A DNA stretch of 57,639 nt from Chitinophaga pinensis (GCA_943324545.2 CALPMA020000001.1:1-57639); one strand, 5' to 3'; shown: positions 19,001 to 29,307, counted from the first letter of the stretch. Numbers and translations: made by a program. Notes: generated by a model from the letters alone, not told the origin.

Positions 19001-21811
19001 CTATATTGACAAAATATACTCTACTAAACCTTTTTCGTGAGGTAAATCAATTTTTTTACGCAAACGATATCTTTTAATTTCAACACTTCTTACAGATATA
19101 TTTAAAAGTGGTGAAATTTCCTTAGAAGATAAGTTTAATCTTAAATAAGCACAGAGTCTTAAATCATTAGGTGTCAAAGTAGGATGACATTCTTTAACTT
19201 TCTTTAGAAAATTATTATCTGCACTATCAAAGGCTTCTTTAAAAACATTCCAAGTACTCTCTTCATTTACATTGCTATTTATTGTAGAAATTACGGCTTT
19301 AATACTTTTATTAGTTGAACTATCAATTGAGTTATTTAAATCTGCTTTAATTATATTTAATAATTCTGTTTTCTTAATAAGATTCATTGTTGACACAGCT
19401 AATTCTTTATTTTTCAAATCAACATCGTGAATTAGCTGTTCATTTTTAATTTTCATTATTTTTTGTTCATTCTCTAATTCTTTAAGTTCTAATAAAACAT
19501 TATTTTCAGCAATAATTCTTTGATGTCTTTTTTCGTGAAAAATTGTGTAAAATTTATGAATATAAAACCCTATTATTAGCAAAAAAATAAAATAAAATAA
19601 TTTCGCCCATCCGTTCGAATAAAATGGTTTAGAAATTACAAAAGGAAATGATTCAATATTGTCTGTAATTGAATTTGCTACTTTTGCTCTAACATAAAAG
19701 GTATATTCACCTGCTGGTAAATTTTCAAATACAACTTTTGAATTAAAAGTCCAATCACTCCATTTATCATTAAAACCTATTAGTTTATATTGATATTCAG
19801 CATTAATAAAATTATCATATTCCGGAACAGTATAACTAAATTCTAAATTATTTTGATCGTGCTTTAAATACACTTCATCTTTAATTGAAATATTTATTGG
19901 TTTAGAATTAACTCCTGAATTTGAAATTCTAATTAACGAAACTTTATAATTGCTAAATTTAAAATCAATGTTCTTTAAAATATAATAACCATCCGTAGAT
20001 CCAATCAAATAATTTAAATCATTCAATTGCAAAATATTTTCATAACCTGGCATTGAATTGGTCATTGAACAAGGAATAGGTAAACTATTCTTTTTTAATT
20101 CAGTAGATAGCTTTCCAGAGGAAAAATAATGGATGTAGTTTTTACTAAAAAACCAAAGTTTATTCGAATTGTCTACAATCATTTTACCAGTAACATATTC
20201 GTCATTCTCAAATATAGAACTTAATGATTTATCTTTATAAAATATTTTAGTTTGATTATTTAATTTGAAAACCCCCTCTTTATAAGCATAATAAATATGA
20301 TTATTATATTTCACTAAACATGCATTTTTACCTTTTTTGGGATTTTTAAATTTGAAAACTTTAGTAGCTTTAGTCAATAAATCATCAATTGAAAATGAAT
20401 AAACTCCCTTATATTCATGACTTACATAAACGTCTTTTTTATTAATTATTTCAAAATACTTAGAAGAATAATTGAATCCTTCAATTTTATTTTTAAAAGT
20501 CCAGTCATTTGTGCCTTTTTCTAAAACTGAAATACCATTATAATTTCCTTGTAAAATAAAATTATTTCCATCCAAATAGGGTTCAAACTTCCAAGTTCCA
20601 GAACCAGAATAAATTAGTTTCGCATTGGAGTCATTTACAATAAAAGTACCCGAGTCGTGTCCACAAAAAAGGGTATTCTTAAAAGAAAATAAAGTCCAAA
20701 CCTGCCCTTTAGTATTTTGTACAAATTCAAATTTGGAAGAAGAATTTAAATCTTTAAAAAACAAACCATGATTTGTTCCAATATATAACTTATTATTGTG
20801 AGTAGCCGATGCGTAAATTGCACCTAAAATTCCCGTATTATCAATATAACTATTGATAGGAGATTTTAAATTGACACAATTAATTCCATTATCTAAACCT
20901 ATCCATAAATTTTTATCTAAATCTTCAAATAACGAAAGTGCAGTATTATTACTTAATCCAGAATTTTGAGTAATGTGATATATTAATTTTCCTTCTTTAG
21001 ATAAAATAAAAATACCATTGGAAATTGAACCAAGTGCTACACTTTCATCAGATAATAACTGACTACTATAAATATTACTTTGCAGTATTTCAGTATCAAC
21101 ATTTGTCTGAAATTTAGATAAAACACCGTTTTTATATTTAAAAATACCTTGCTTTTGGGTAACTAAAAGTAAGCCATCAGATGTTTCAAAAATATTTATA
21201 AGTTTATTTTGATTTATAATATCATTACTTAAAAACAACTTACTTTTCCCTTGATCTATTTCAAATAAACCATTTGGAGTATGAAAATATATACCATTGG
21301 ATGTATTAAAAGCTTTATTAATAGTGCTTTTTGGTTCGATTATTGTAAATAACCTAGTTTTGGTATTGTAGGCGTAAATTTTTTCTAAAGATTGAAAAAG
21401 TATCCAATTATCAAATGGAAAAATACCCCAAAATTGTTCATCATCGTTAATTTTAGATTTGATAGATTTACTTAAAGATGTGTAAAATAATTCTCCATTT
21501 GCATTTCGTTGCCAATAACCAAACTCCATATAGGCACCGGTGTATATTTTATCCTGAATACATTTTACAGAACGAATAATAGTTTCATTTGGCGAGGGAT
21601 TTAAAACCCACTTTGATCCATTAAATTCTAATAAACCTTCATTATTTGCAAAATACATAAAACGCTGATTATCTTGAGAAATCATCCAGTTTTGTATACC
21701 AGCCTTATATATATCTTTAGAATACTTTACAATTGGAGGTAATTGTTGTCCTATACTAACTAAAGAAAACAGAAGTAAAAAAAGTTGAATTTGAATTTTT
21801 AGAAATTGCAT
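19001..21811 (-). CDS. Membrane-anchored sensor-regulator: periplasmic beta-propeller, Y_Y_Y domain, TM helix, LuxR-type HTH
   Basis: Likely start MQFLK (21811; track start 21847). Reg_prop-like GLSNNTALSLFEDLDKNLWIGLDNGI. Y_Y_Y YQYKLIGFNDKWSDW...FENLPAGEYTFYVRA. TM WAKLFYFIFLLIIGFYI. HTH LTPNDLRLCAYLRLNLSSKEISPLLNISVRSVEIKRYRLRKK. Confidence 0.9.
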   Translation of the reverse strand: MQFLKIQIQLFLLLFSLVSIGQQLPPIVKYSKDIYKAGIQNWMISQDNQRFMYFANNEGLLEFNGSKWVLNPSPNETIIRSVKCIQDKIYTGAYMEFGYWQRNANGELFYTSLSKSIKSKINDDEQFWGIFPFDNWILFQSLEKIYAYNTKTRLFTIIEPKSTINKAFNTSNGIYFHTPNGLFEIDQGKSKLFLSNDIINQNKLINIFETSDGLLLVTQKQGIFKYKNGVLSKFQTNVDTEILQSNIYSSQLLSDESVALGSISNGIFILSKEGKLIYHITQNSGLSNNTALSLFEDLDKNLWIGLDNGINCVNLKSPINSYIDNTGILGAIYASATHNNKLYIGTNHGLFFKDLNSSSKFEFVQNTKGQVWTLFSFKNTLFCGHDSGTFIVNDSNAKLIYSGSGTWKFEPYLDGNNFILQGNYNGISVLEKGTNDWTFKNKIEGFNYSSKYFEIINKKDVYVSHEYKGVYSFSIDDLLTKATKVFKFKNPKKGKNACLVKYNNHIYYAYKEGVFKLNNQTKIFYKDKSLSSIFENDEYVTGKMIVDNSNKLWFFSKNYIHYFSSGKLSTELKKNSLPIPCSMTNSMPGYENILQLNDLNYLIGSTDGYYILKNIDFKFSNYKVSLIRISNSGVNSKPINISIKDEVYLKHDQNNLEFSYTVPEYDNFINAEYQYKLIGFNDKWSDWTFNSKVVFENLPAGEYTFYVRAKVANSITDNIESFPFVISKPFYSNGWAKLFYFIFLLIIGFYIHKFYTIFHEKRHQRIIAENNVLLELKELENEQKIMKIKNEQLIHDVDLKNKELAVSTMNLIKKTELLNIIKADLNNSIDSSTNKSIKAVISTINSNVNEESTWNVFKEAFDSADNNFLKKVKECHPTLTPNDLRLCAYLRLNLSSKEISPLLNISVRSVEIKRYRLRKKIDLPHEKGLVEYILSI

Positions 21812-21866
21812 TATATAAGGATTAAAAAATAAAGATATATATAACAAACATAATAAAAAAATGATT

Positions 21867-21897
21867 AAAAAAAAAGACTGTCATTTCTGACAGTCTT
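21867..21897 (-). terminator. Intrinsic terminator after T9SS protein gene
   Basis: AAGACTGTCA-tttc-TGACAGTCTT with a long A-tract on its left (U-tract on minus strand). Confidence 0.8.
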
Positions 21898-21919
21898 AAA
21901 AAATTGTATATAATATAAA

Positions 21920-23269
21920 CTATTCTTTTATAAATTTCGTTGATGAAACATTTCCATCAATTAAAGTTTTAATTACATAAACACCTGCGTTTAATCCTGA
22001 AATATCTAAACTAACTGAAGTATCATTAGTTAATTTATTCAATACCTCCTGACCTAAAACATTGTAAATTGCAATATTCTGAATAGTTCCTACTGACTCA
22101 AGGTTTAAAACATTAGAAGTTGGATTTGGATACATTTTCACTTTAGAAATATTAAAATTATTTGTATTTAATGTTCCTGGGTTAACAGAAAAATAAATAT
22201 TGTCAAAATATGCAATTTTTGTTCTCAAATCAGATGAAGAACCAATTTTAAACTGAAAAAAGTTTGCAGAACTAAATCCTACAAAATCTGACAAAGGAAT
22301 ACTCACTGTTTGCCAAGAATCAAAAACAATAACTCTTTTAACATGTTCAGAAGGATTTCCTACTGTAGTTAAAGCTGGACCAATTCCATAAAAAGCTTCA
22401 GTGTTTGTTGATCCAATTCTAGAAATCAAGTCAAAATAGAATTGATGTCCTAAAGACCCCGCATTAGCTACACCACTCTGAACATAGTAACTAAAATTCA
22501 AATAACCATAAGTAGACACATTTGTAACTACTAATGGATCTGTTCCTTGTCCAAATCCTTGAGCAGCAAAATTCATTTTAATAGCTTCATTTACACCGGC
22601 ACCAGTATCTAAATCAAGAATACTCTCATAGCCACCAAATGAATAAGCCGGTACCCACGTATTTGTAAAACCACCAGTATCACCATAAATTTTCAATACT
22701 TGTGCTGGAGGAGTTGAAGGTACTGGTGCTTGGTTAGGAACAAAAGCAGGAGGTGGTGGAGCAATATTTGTTCCTCCAGCAAAATCATCAAATAAATAAG
22801 TACCAACTTGAGTATTATTAAAATCCGGAAAAAGAACCATCAATCTGTAATTTCCTAATCCTGCAGGAAAATCTATAGACACGTTTGTCCAAGCAGTACC
22901 TGAAGTAGTGAATTGTAGTTCTGTTGCAGCTGCACCACCACCAGGACCTACTGATTCAAACTTCAAAAGATGGGTTCTTGTACCGTAATCTGCTTCAGGT
23001 CTAACTCTAAAAGATATAGTATTGTTTGCATTATCAGCTAAATTTATGTAACTTGTTAACAAATTTAACTGGGCAGTATCATAGAGAGCACCATTACCAG
23101 CTACACGTAATACTTGATTGGTAGAAGCAGTTGGATCTGGTACAAGTGAAGTTGCCGCACCACCAACGCCAGCAAATAGTTGATTTGAATTGGTGAAATT
23201 CAATGGAAATTCTTGAGAAAAGCCAATTGAGCTTGCAGTAAGAATAATAAATAAAGTAATTTTTTTCAT
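21920..23269 (-). CDS. T9SS-secreted non-catalytic protein with two CBM-like modules
   Basis: Start MKKITLF (23269), because a TAnnTTTG promoter overlaps the track's TTG start. Two beta-sandwich modules ending YLFDDF and YFDNIYF joined by a Pro-rich linker. CTD MYPNPTSN...AGVYVIK...KFIKE. Confidence 0.7.
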   Translation of the reverse strand: MKKITLFIILTASSIGFSQEFPLNFTNSNQLFAGVGGAATSLVPDPTASTNQVLRVAGNGALYDTAQLNLLTSYINLADNANNTISFRVRPEADYGTRTHLLKFESVGPGGGAAATELQFTTSGTAWTNVSIDFPAGLGNYRLMVLFPDFNNTQVGTYLFDDFAGGTNIAPPPPAFVPNQAPVPSTPPAQVLKIYGDTGGFTNTWVPAYSFGGYESILDLDTGAGVNEAIKMNFAAQGFGQGTDPLVVTNVSTYGYLNFSYYVQSGVANAGSLGHQFYFDLISRIGSTNTEAFYGIGPALTTVGNPSEHVKRVIVFDSWQTVSIPLSDFVGFSSANFFQFKIGSSSDLRTKIAYFDNIYFSVNPGTLNTNNFNISKVKMYPNPTSNVLNLESVGTIQNIAIYNVLGQEVLNKLTNDTSVSLDISGLNAGVYVIKTLIDGNVSSTKFIKE

Positions 23270-23293
23270 AATATGTATTTTTAAATTATGATT

Positions 23294-23463
23294 CAAATAT
23301 ATTAATGTTATTCATATGTGTAATTAAAAATAACTATATAAAAACTATACAAATAAAAATAAATTAAAATTGTATTAAAAGCTATTGTTTACATCTATTT
23401 TTATCAAATAAATTAATCTTAAAACTAACTTTAAATTAATGATATGTTGAGGCAATGTAAAGT
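23294..23463 (-). promoter_or_regulatory. Promoter (-7 TATATTTG) with two pairs of candidate operator octamers
   Basis: CAAATATA at 23294-23301. ACTATATA-aaa-ACTATACA at 23333-23351. Inverted pair TGTTGAGG-caa-TGTAAAGT at 23445-23463. Confidence 0.5.
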
Positions 23464-23688
23464 TAATTAATTACAATATGGTATAAATAATTAATTTAAA
23501 ATTTAGAAATAAAGATAAAAAAACAACAAATATAGACAAATCAATAAAAATGAATACTATAAAAAATAGATTAGTATTTTATTATTTCAATAATAATTAT
23601 CAAAAAATTATATTGAATTATTAGTTTAACTTTTGTTAGAAGATTGTGTTGTTATATTTATTTATCTTTGCATTCATTAAAATTGACT

Positions 23689-26478
23689 ATGATTAAAACA
23701 GACATTTCAAAACTAGAACCCAAACAAAATATTATCATCAAAGGGGCTCAAGTTCACAACTTGAAAAATCTTGATGTAGCCATCCCTCGCAACAAATTGG
23801 TAGTTATTACTGGGTTATCTGGATCAGGAAAATCAAGTTTAGCATTTGATACTTTATACGCAGAAGGACAGAGAAGATATGTAGAAAGCTTATCTTCCTA
23901 TGCACGTCAATTTTTAGGGAGATTAGACAAACCTAAAGTGGAATATATAAAAGGTATTGCTCCAGCAATTGCAATTGAACAAAAAGTAAACACTACTAAT
24001 GCCCGTTCTACAGTGGGCACCTCCACTGAAATATATGATTATTTGAAGTTATTATATGCTCGAATTGGAAAAACCTACTCTCCTATTTCTTGTAAGGAAG
24101 TTAAACGTGATTCAGTAACTGATGTAATTAATGAGATTAAAACTCTTGAAATTGATAGCAAATGGATTCTTTTAGCTCCAATTCACCTGGAAAAAGGAAG
24201 AAAATTAGAAGATAAATTATCAGCGCTTTTAAAATTAGGATTTTCTAGAATATTAGTAAACAATGAAATGGTTCGTTTGGATCAAATGGAATCAAAATCA
24301 TTAACTAAAAAGGAGGTTTTACTGATTATTGACCGAATTGTAATTCAAAACGATGACGATTTTTACAATCGATTAGCTGACGCAGTTCAAACCGCATTTT
24401 ATGAAGGTAAAGGAGTTTGTTATTTACAAGAAGTAAATAGCAATAAAAGAAATAGCTTTAGCAACAATTTTGAATTAGATGGAATTTCTTTTTTAGAACC
24501 CAATGTTCACTTGTTTAGTTTTAACAATCCTTATGGTGCATGCCCTTTTTGTGAAGGTTACGGTAGTGTAATTGGAATTGATGAAGAATTAGTAATTCCA
24601 AATACCGCTCTTTCAATCTATGAAAACGCTATTTACGCATGGCGTGGAGAAAGTATGAGTTGGTACCGAGATGAATTGGTAAACAATGCCTACAAATTTG
24701 ATTTTCCAATTCACAAGCCTTATTTCGAACTATCCGAAAATGACAAAACGTTGGTTTGGGAAGGAAATTCTTACTTTACTGGATTAAATAATTTTTTTAA
24801 AGAATTAGAAGAAAAAAATTATAAAATACAAAATCGAGTGATGCTCTCAAGGTATCGTGGCAAAACAAAATGCCATTCTTGCAAAGGAAAACGACTCAGA
24901 ATTGAGGCCTCTTATATAAAAATTGGCGGAAAAACTATTTCCGATTTGGTTCAAATATCCATAAAAAAATTAGTTGATTTCTTTGAAGAATTAGAAATAT
25001 CGGACTTTGATCAAAAAGTAGCAAAACGACTTTTGATTGAAATAAATAGCCGATTAAAGTTTTTAGTGGACGTTGGCCTTGATTATTTAACCCTTAACAG
25101 GAATTCAGCTACACTTTCTGGTGGAGAATCACAGAGAATTAATCTCGCAACTTCTTTAGGAAGTAGCTTAGTGGGATCGATGTATATTTTGGATGAACCT
25201 AGCATTGGTTTGCACCCAAAAGACACAGAAAGACTTATTAAAGTGTTGCTTTCACTGCGAGATCTTGGAAACACAGTCATTATTGTGGAACACGATGAAG
25301 ACATTATGAAAGCCGCCGATATGATCATTGATATAGGCCCAGAAGCTGGAACTCAAGGTGGAGAATTAGTAGCCCAAGGTACATATGAAGAAATTCTTAA
25401 AGAAAATACTTTAACGGCTAACTATTTAAATGGCAATTTAAAAATTGAAGTGCCTAAAAATCGAAGAAAATGGTCTTCATATATAGAAATTATAGGTGCT
25501 CGCGAAAATAATTTACAAAATGTCACTGTAAAATTTCCTCTTGAAGTTCTAACCGTAATTACAGGAGTTTCTGGTAGTGGAAAAAGTACTTTAGTAAAGA
25601 AAATTCTATTTCCTGCCATGCAAAAAAAATTAGATGGTATAGGCGATAAAGCTGGTCAATTTACCGATATGCAGGGTTATTATCACAAGATTAGACACAT
25701 TGAATATGTCGATCAAAACCCAATTGGTAGAAGTTCGCGTTCTAATCCAGTGACTTACATAAAAGCCTATGATGACATCAGAGATTTATTTGCCAAAGAA
25801 AAATTATCAAAAATTCGAGGCTATCTGCCCAAGCATTTTTCATTTAATGTTGACGGAGGACGTTGTGAAACCTGCAAAGGGGAAGGCGCAATAAACATTG
25901 AAATGGTATTTATGGCCGACGTTCAATTGCCATGTGACGCTTGTAAAGGAAAAAGATTCAAAAAAGAGGTGCTTGAAGTCACATTTGAAGGAAAAAACAT
26001 AGACAATATCTTAACAATGACTGTGGATGATTCTTTGGAGTTTTTCAAAAGTACAAATATGTCTAAAATTGTTCAAAAGTTACAACCGCTTCAAGATGTA
26101 GGTTTAGGATATGTTCAATTAGGCCAGTCCTCCTCAACGCTTTCTGGTGGTGAGGCACAGCGAATTAAATTAGCCTCGTTTCTAGTTAAAGGAAGCACTA
26201 AAGACAAAGCATTATTTGTATTTGATGAACCTACAACGGGTTTGCATTTTCATGATATCAAAAAATTACTAACTTCCTTTGATGCCTTAATAGAAAAAGG
26301 ACATTCCATAATTGTAATTGAACATAATTTAGATTTGATAAAATGTGCCGACCATATAATTGATTTAGGGCCAGAAGGCGGAGAATTAGGAGGCTACATT
26401 TTAGCAATTGGAACTCCTGAAGAAATTGTAAAAAACAAAGAATCAATTACCGCTAAATACTTGAAGGATAAACTTTAA
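23689..26478 (+). CDS. uvrA: Excinuclease ABC subunit A
   Basis: Two ABC domains (GLSGSGKSS, GVSGSGKST, LSGGE twice) and zinc-finger CxxC pairs. Start moved to ATG 23689 because promoter TATCTTTG lies at 23663-23670. Confidence 0.97.
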   Translation: MIKTDISKLEPKQNIIIKGAQVHNLKNLDVAIPRNKLVVITGLSGSGKSSLAFDTLYAEGQRRYVESLSSYARQFLGRLDKPKVEYIKGIAPAIAIEQKVNTTNARSTVGTSTEIYDYLKLLYARIGKTYSPISCKEVKRDSVTDVINEIKTLEIDSKWILLAPIHLEKGRKLEDKLSALLKLGFSRILVNNEMVRLDQMESKSLTKKEVLLIIDRIVIQNDDDFYNRLADAVQTAFYEGKGVCYLQEVNSNKRNSFSNNFELDGISFLEPNVHLFSFNNPYGACPFCEGYGSVIGIDEELVIPNTALSIYENAIYAWRGESMSWYRDELVNNAYKFDFPIHKPYFELSENDKTLVWEGNSYFTGLNNFFKELEEKNYKIQNRVMLSRYRGKTKCHSCKGKRLRIEASYIKIGGKTISDLVQISIKKLVDFFEELEISDFDQKVAKRLLIEINSRLKFLVDVGLDYLTLNRNSATLSGGESQRINLATSLGSSLVGSMYILDEPSIGLHPKDTERLIKVLLSLRDLGNTVIIVEHDEDIMKAADMIIDIGPEAGTQGGELVAQGTYEEILKENTLTANYLNGNLKIEVPKNRRKWSSYIEIIGARENNLQNVTVKFPLEVLTVITGVSGSGKSTLVKKILFPAMQKKLDGIGDKAGQFTDMQGYYHKIRHIEYVDQNPIGRSSRSNPVTYIKAYDDIRDLFAKEKLSKIRGYLPKHFSFNVDGGRCETCKGEGAINIEMVFMADVQLPCDACKGKRFKKEVLEVTFEGKNIDNILTMTVDDSLEFFKSTNMSKIVQKLQPLQDVGLGYVQLGQSSSTLSGGEAQRIKLASFLVKGSTKDKALFVFDEPTTGLHFHDIKKLLTSFDALIEKGHSIIVIEHNLDLIKCADHIIDLGPEGGELGGYILAIGTPEEIVKNKESITAKYLKDKL

Positions 26479-26530
26479 CATTTGCAGTTTTTTAAAATTT
26501 AGTATATTAGAATTTATAAATAGGATTCAA

Positions 26531-28033
26531 ATGAAATTAAAAATCTTTATAATATCAATACTGATTATCCCTTTTTTGGGATTTTCTCAACGATATCGGT
26601 ATACCAATACTCTTTTTCCAACCTCTACAATTACACAAAATGTAATTTATGGAACAGCCCCATCTGTTGATGGATTCGGTACTGTAGAATCTAGCACAAC
26701 TCCACAAAATTTAAAGATGGATATTTATAGTCCAACTGGGGATACTTTTACAAATAGACCTGTTATTATTTTTGCGCATCCTGGAGGATTTTTTTCTGGA
26801 AGTAAAAATGTAGATGATATGATGGCTTTTTGCGATTATTTTGCCAGAAAAGGGTATGTTACAGCTACAATTGACTACCGATTGGGATTTAATATAATAA
26901 GTAATATTGCAATGCATTCAACGAGAGCAGTTTATAGAGGTTTGCAAGACGGAAGAACTGCCATCCGTTATTTTAGAGCTAATGCTTCAACTTATGGAAT
27001 TGATCCTAATAAAGTTTACTTTGTAGGAAGTAGCGCTGGGGCTTTTATTGCTTTACATAGCATTTATTTAGATCAAATTTCAGAAAAACCAATTGAAACT
27101 GGAGTGGTACAATACTCGAATATTACATCTCCATTTTCTCATATAGCTCCCGATTTAGGCGGTTTGGATATTGGAACAAATCTTACTTATAACGGAAAAC
27201 CAGATGCTATTATTTCTCTTTGGGGAGGAATTCAAAATACCAATTTGATTACTTCAAATAATAATACACCTGTATTTTTAGTTCATGGCGAAGCCGATTC
27301 AACAGTTTCATTTAACACTGGAAGTCCATTTGGTTATTCATCTCTACCAACAACTGATGGAAGTAATCCAATTAAAACTAAATTGAATACTTTGAATTTT
27401 ACCAATAATGAAACCTATTTTGTAGCTGGTGTTGGACATGAATTTTATGGCGTTTCAAATGGAACTTGGAATAATCCAACAGGTGGAAACTCTTATTGGC
27501 CAATTGTATTGGATAAATCGACTTCATTTTTATGGAAACAACACAAACCAACAGCCAATTTTACATCAATTACTAATGGATTAACAGTTAATTTTACCGA
27601 TACAAGCACCGGCGCAACTTCATGGTTTTGGGATTTTGGGGATGGAACAACAAGCACTATACAAAGCCCAACGCATACCTATAATTCATTAGGAAATTAC
27701 TCAGTCAATTTATATATAGAAAATTTGAATAAAAGTTGGGATGAAATAAACAGAAGTATCACAATAACGACATTGGGTTTAGTTGATAATTATGATACAT
27801 TATTTAAATTATATCCAAATCCAAGTAAAAATAGTGTAACTATTTCATTATCAAATATAAGTATAGGTATAAATTACAAAATTATTGATTATTCTGGTAA
27901 AATTGTTAGAGAAAATTCACTTAAAAATTGTAGTGAATTTACTATTGACATCTCAGATTTAACAAATGGACTCTATTTCATCCAATTGTATAACGATGAA
28001 TCCAACGCTATAAGTAAATTAATTAAAAACTAA
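26531..28033 (+). CDS. T9SS-secreted alpha/beta-hydrolase (carboxylesterase-like) with PKD domain
   Basis: Signal peptide; HPGGF, GSSAG nucleophile elbow, HGEADSTV, GVGHE; PKD WFWDFGDGTTST; CTD LYPNPS...GLYFIQL...KLIKN. Confidence 0.85.
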   Translation: MKLKIFIISILIIPFLGFSQRYRYTNTLFPTSTITQNVIYGTAPSVDGFGTVESSTTPQNLKMDIYSPTGDTFTNRPVIIFAHPGGFFSGSKNVDDMMAFCDYFARKGYVTATIDYRLGFNIISNIAMHSTRAVYRGLQDGRTAIRYFRANASTYGIDPNKVYFVGSSAGAFIALHSIYLDQISEKPIETGVVQYSNITSPFSHIAPDLGGLDIGTNLTYNGKPDAIISLWGGIQNTNLITSNNNTPVFLVHGEADSTVSFNTGSPFGYSSLPTTDGSNPIKTKLNTLNFTNNETYFVAGVGHEFYGVSNGTWNNPTGGNSYWPIVLDKSTSFLWKQHKPTANFTSITNGLTVNFTDTSTGATSWFWDFGDGTTSTIQSPTHTYNSLGNYSVNLYIENLNKSWDEINRSITITTLGLVDNYDTLFKLYPNPSKNSVTISLSNISIGINYKIIDYSGKIVRENSLKNCSEFTIDISDLTNGLYFIQLYNDESNAISKLIKN

Positions 28034-28034
28034 A

Positions 28035-29225
28035 TTAGTTAATTATAATTTTCTTCGAGTATTTACTATCACCTGATTCTATAACTGCTAAATAAATGCC
28101 TTTCGGTACTTCAGAAATTGTAATTGACTCATTTTGATTGGCTATTTCAAAAGACTTTGTCAAAATAGTTTTACCTAATAAATCAATCAATTTAAACGTG
28201 TAATTTCTATCTAATTTTCCGCAATTTACATAAAGTGTATCACTTGCAGGGTTGGGATAAATTGATCCTTGGAAACTCGATTCAAATTCTTCATTAGACA
28301 AACTAGTATCAACTACCGAAAAATGCAACATCGCTCCAATAGCCGCTTTCGCTACATTATAATTATAGTTAGGATCCATATTAACTAAAAAATCGGTAGG
28401 TGTGTGCTTGTGGGTGGTTTCATTTCTTTCAAAAAAACCTGTAATTACTTCATTGTTACTTTGGAATGACATATAATCTGAAGCATAAGCACGATCTAAA
28501 AAAGTACTTAATGGTGAGTACAACCCTACGCAGGTAATTAATTCGTTTGTTACTAAAGCTGATGCAGCGTTGTTAGAGGTTGGTGTTGACATATCTCTTT
28601 CGCAAGTAATGGTATTGTTCACCATTCCTGCAACTCCTCCAACTTCATCTATATTAAAAACCAATTTAATATTCATTTTAGGGGTAGTTGCGTTTACAAC
28701 ATATGAAACAAAATGCTGACTACCATATAATCCATCTTCTTCTCCACTAAAATTGATAAATTTAATTGAATATTGAGTTGGAATATTTTGCAATAATCTT
28801 GCAACTTCTAAAATACAAACCAATCCACTTCCATTATCATTAGTTCCTGTTCCGTTTATTGAGTCATAATGTCCATCAATAATTATAAAAGTATTTGGAT
28901 ATACTGTTCCAATTTTAGTAACAACTAGATTTTTGCAAACAGCGTTCGAACCAGTATAAGTATAAGAATCTTCCGTAATTTGACTTGCAGTATAACCGTA
29001 ACTTAAATATTTGTTTTTTAACCAAGTTAATGTATTATCTAGAGCAATAGTCCCTCTTCTTTTAACTCCTAAGGTTTCGTATTCAGTTAAATTATTTAGA
29101 ATATTGGAACTTGAACATTGGTTTACGACAGCTGCATAATTCGCATTATAAACTTGGCAATTAATTGCTTGTGAAGAAAATAAAATTATAAACAATAAAG
29201 AAAAAAAGAAAGATGAATTTTTCAT
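28035..29225 (-). CDS. T9SS-secreted M28 family metallopeptidase
   Basis: GHYDS, GTNDNGSG, FSGEEDGLYGS, NIDEVG, SDYMSF, HTPTD; CTD IYPNPA...GIYLA...KKIIIN. Confidence 0.9.
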   Translation of the reverse strand: MKNSSFFFSLLFIILFSSQAINCQVYNANYAAVVNQCSSSNILNNLTEYETLGVKRRGTIALDNTLTWLKNKYLSYGYTASQITEDSYTYTGSNAVCKNLVVTKIGTVYPNTFIIIDGHYDSINGTGTNDNGSGLVCILEVARLLQNIPTQYSIKFINFSGEEDGLYGSQHFVSYVVNATTPKMNIKLVFNIDEVGGVAGMVNNTITCERDMSTPTSNNAASALVTNELITCVGLYSPLSTFLDRAYASDYMSFQSNNEVITGFFERNETTHKHTPTDFLVNMDPNYNYNVAKAAIGAMLHFSVVDTSLSNEEFESSFQGSIYPNPASDTLYVNCGKLDRNYTFKLIDLLGKTILTKSFEIANQNESITISEVPKGIYLAVIESGDSKYSKKIIIN

Positions 29226-29307
29226 TACGTTACTAAAACTACTATTTTGGGCGAAGATAATAAGTTATCCAATTATAAAAAAATAAATTATTAAAACTAA
29301 AAAATTA

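Noticed and set aside
23644-23688. Upstream TTG start extensions in the ORF track (uvrA, also 21847, 23296 and 50232)
   Set aside because: The extensions overlap promoter-like boxes or precede clear signal-peptide ATG starts.
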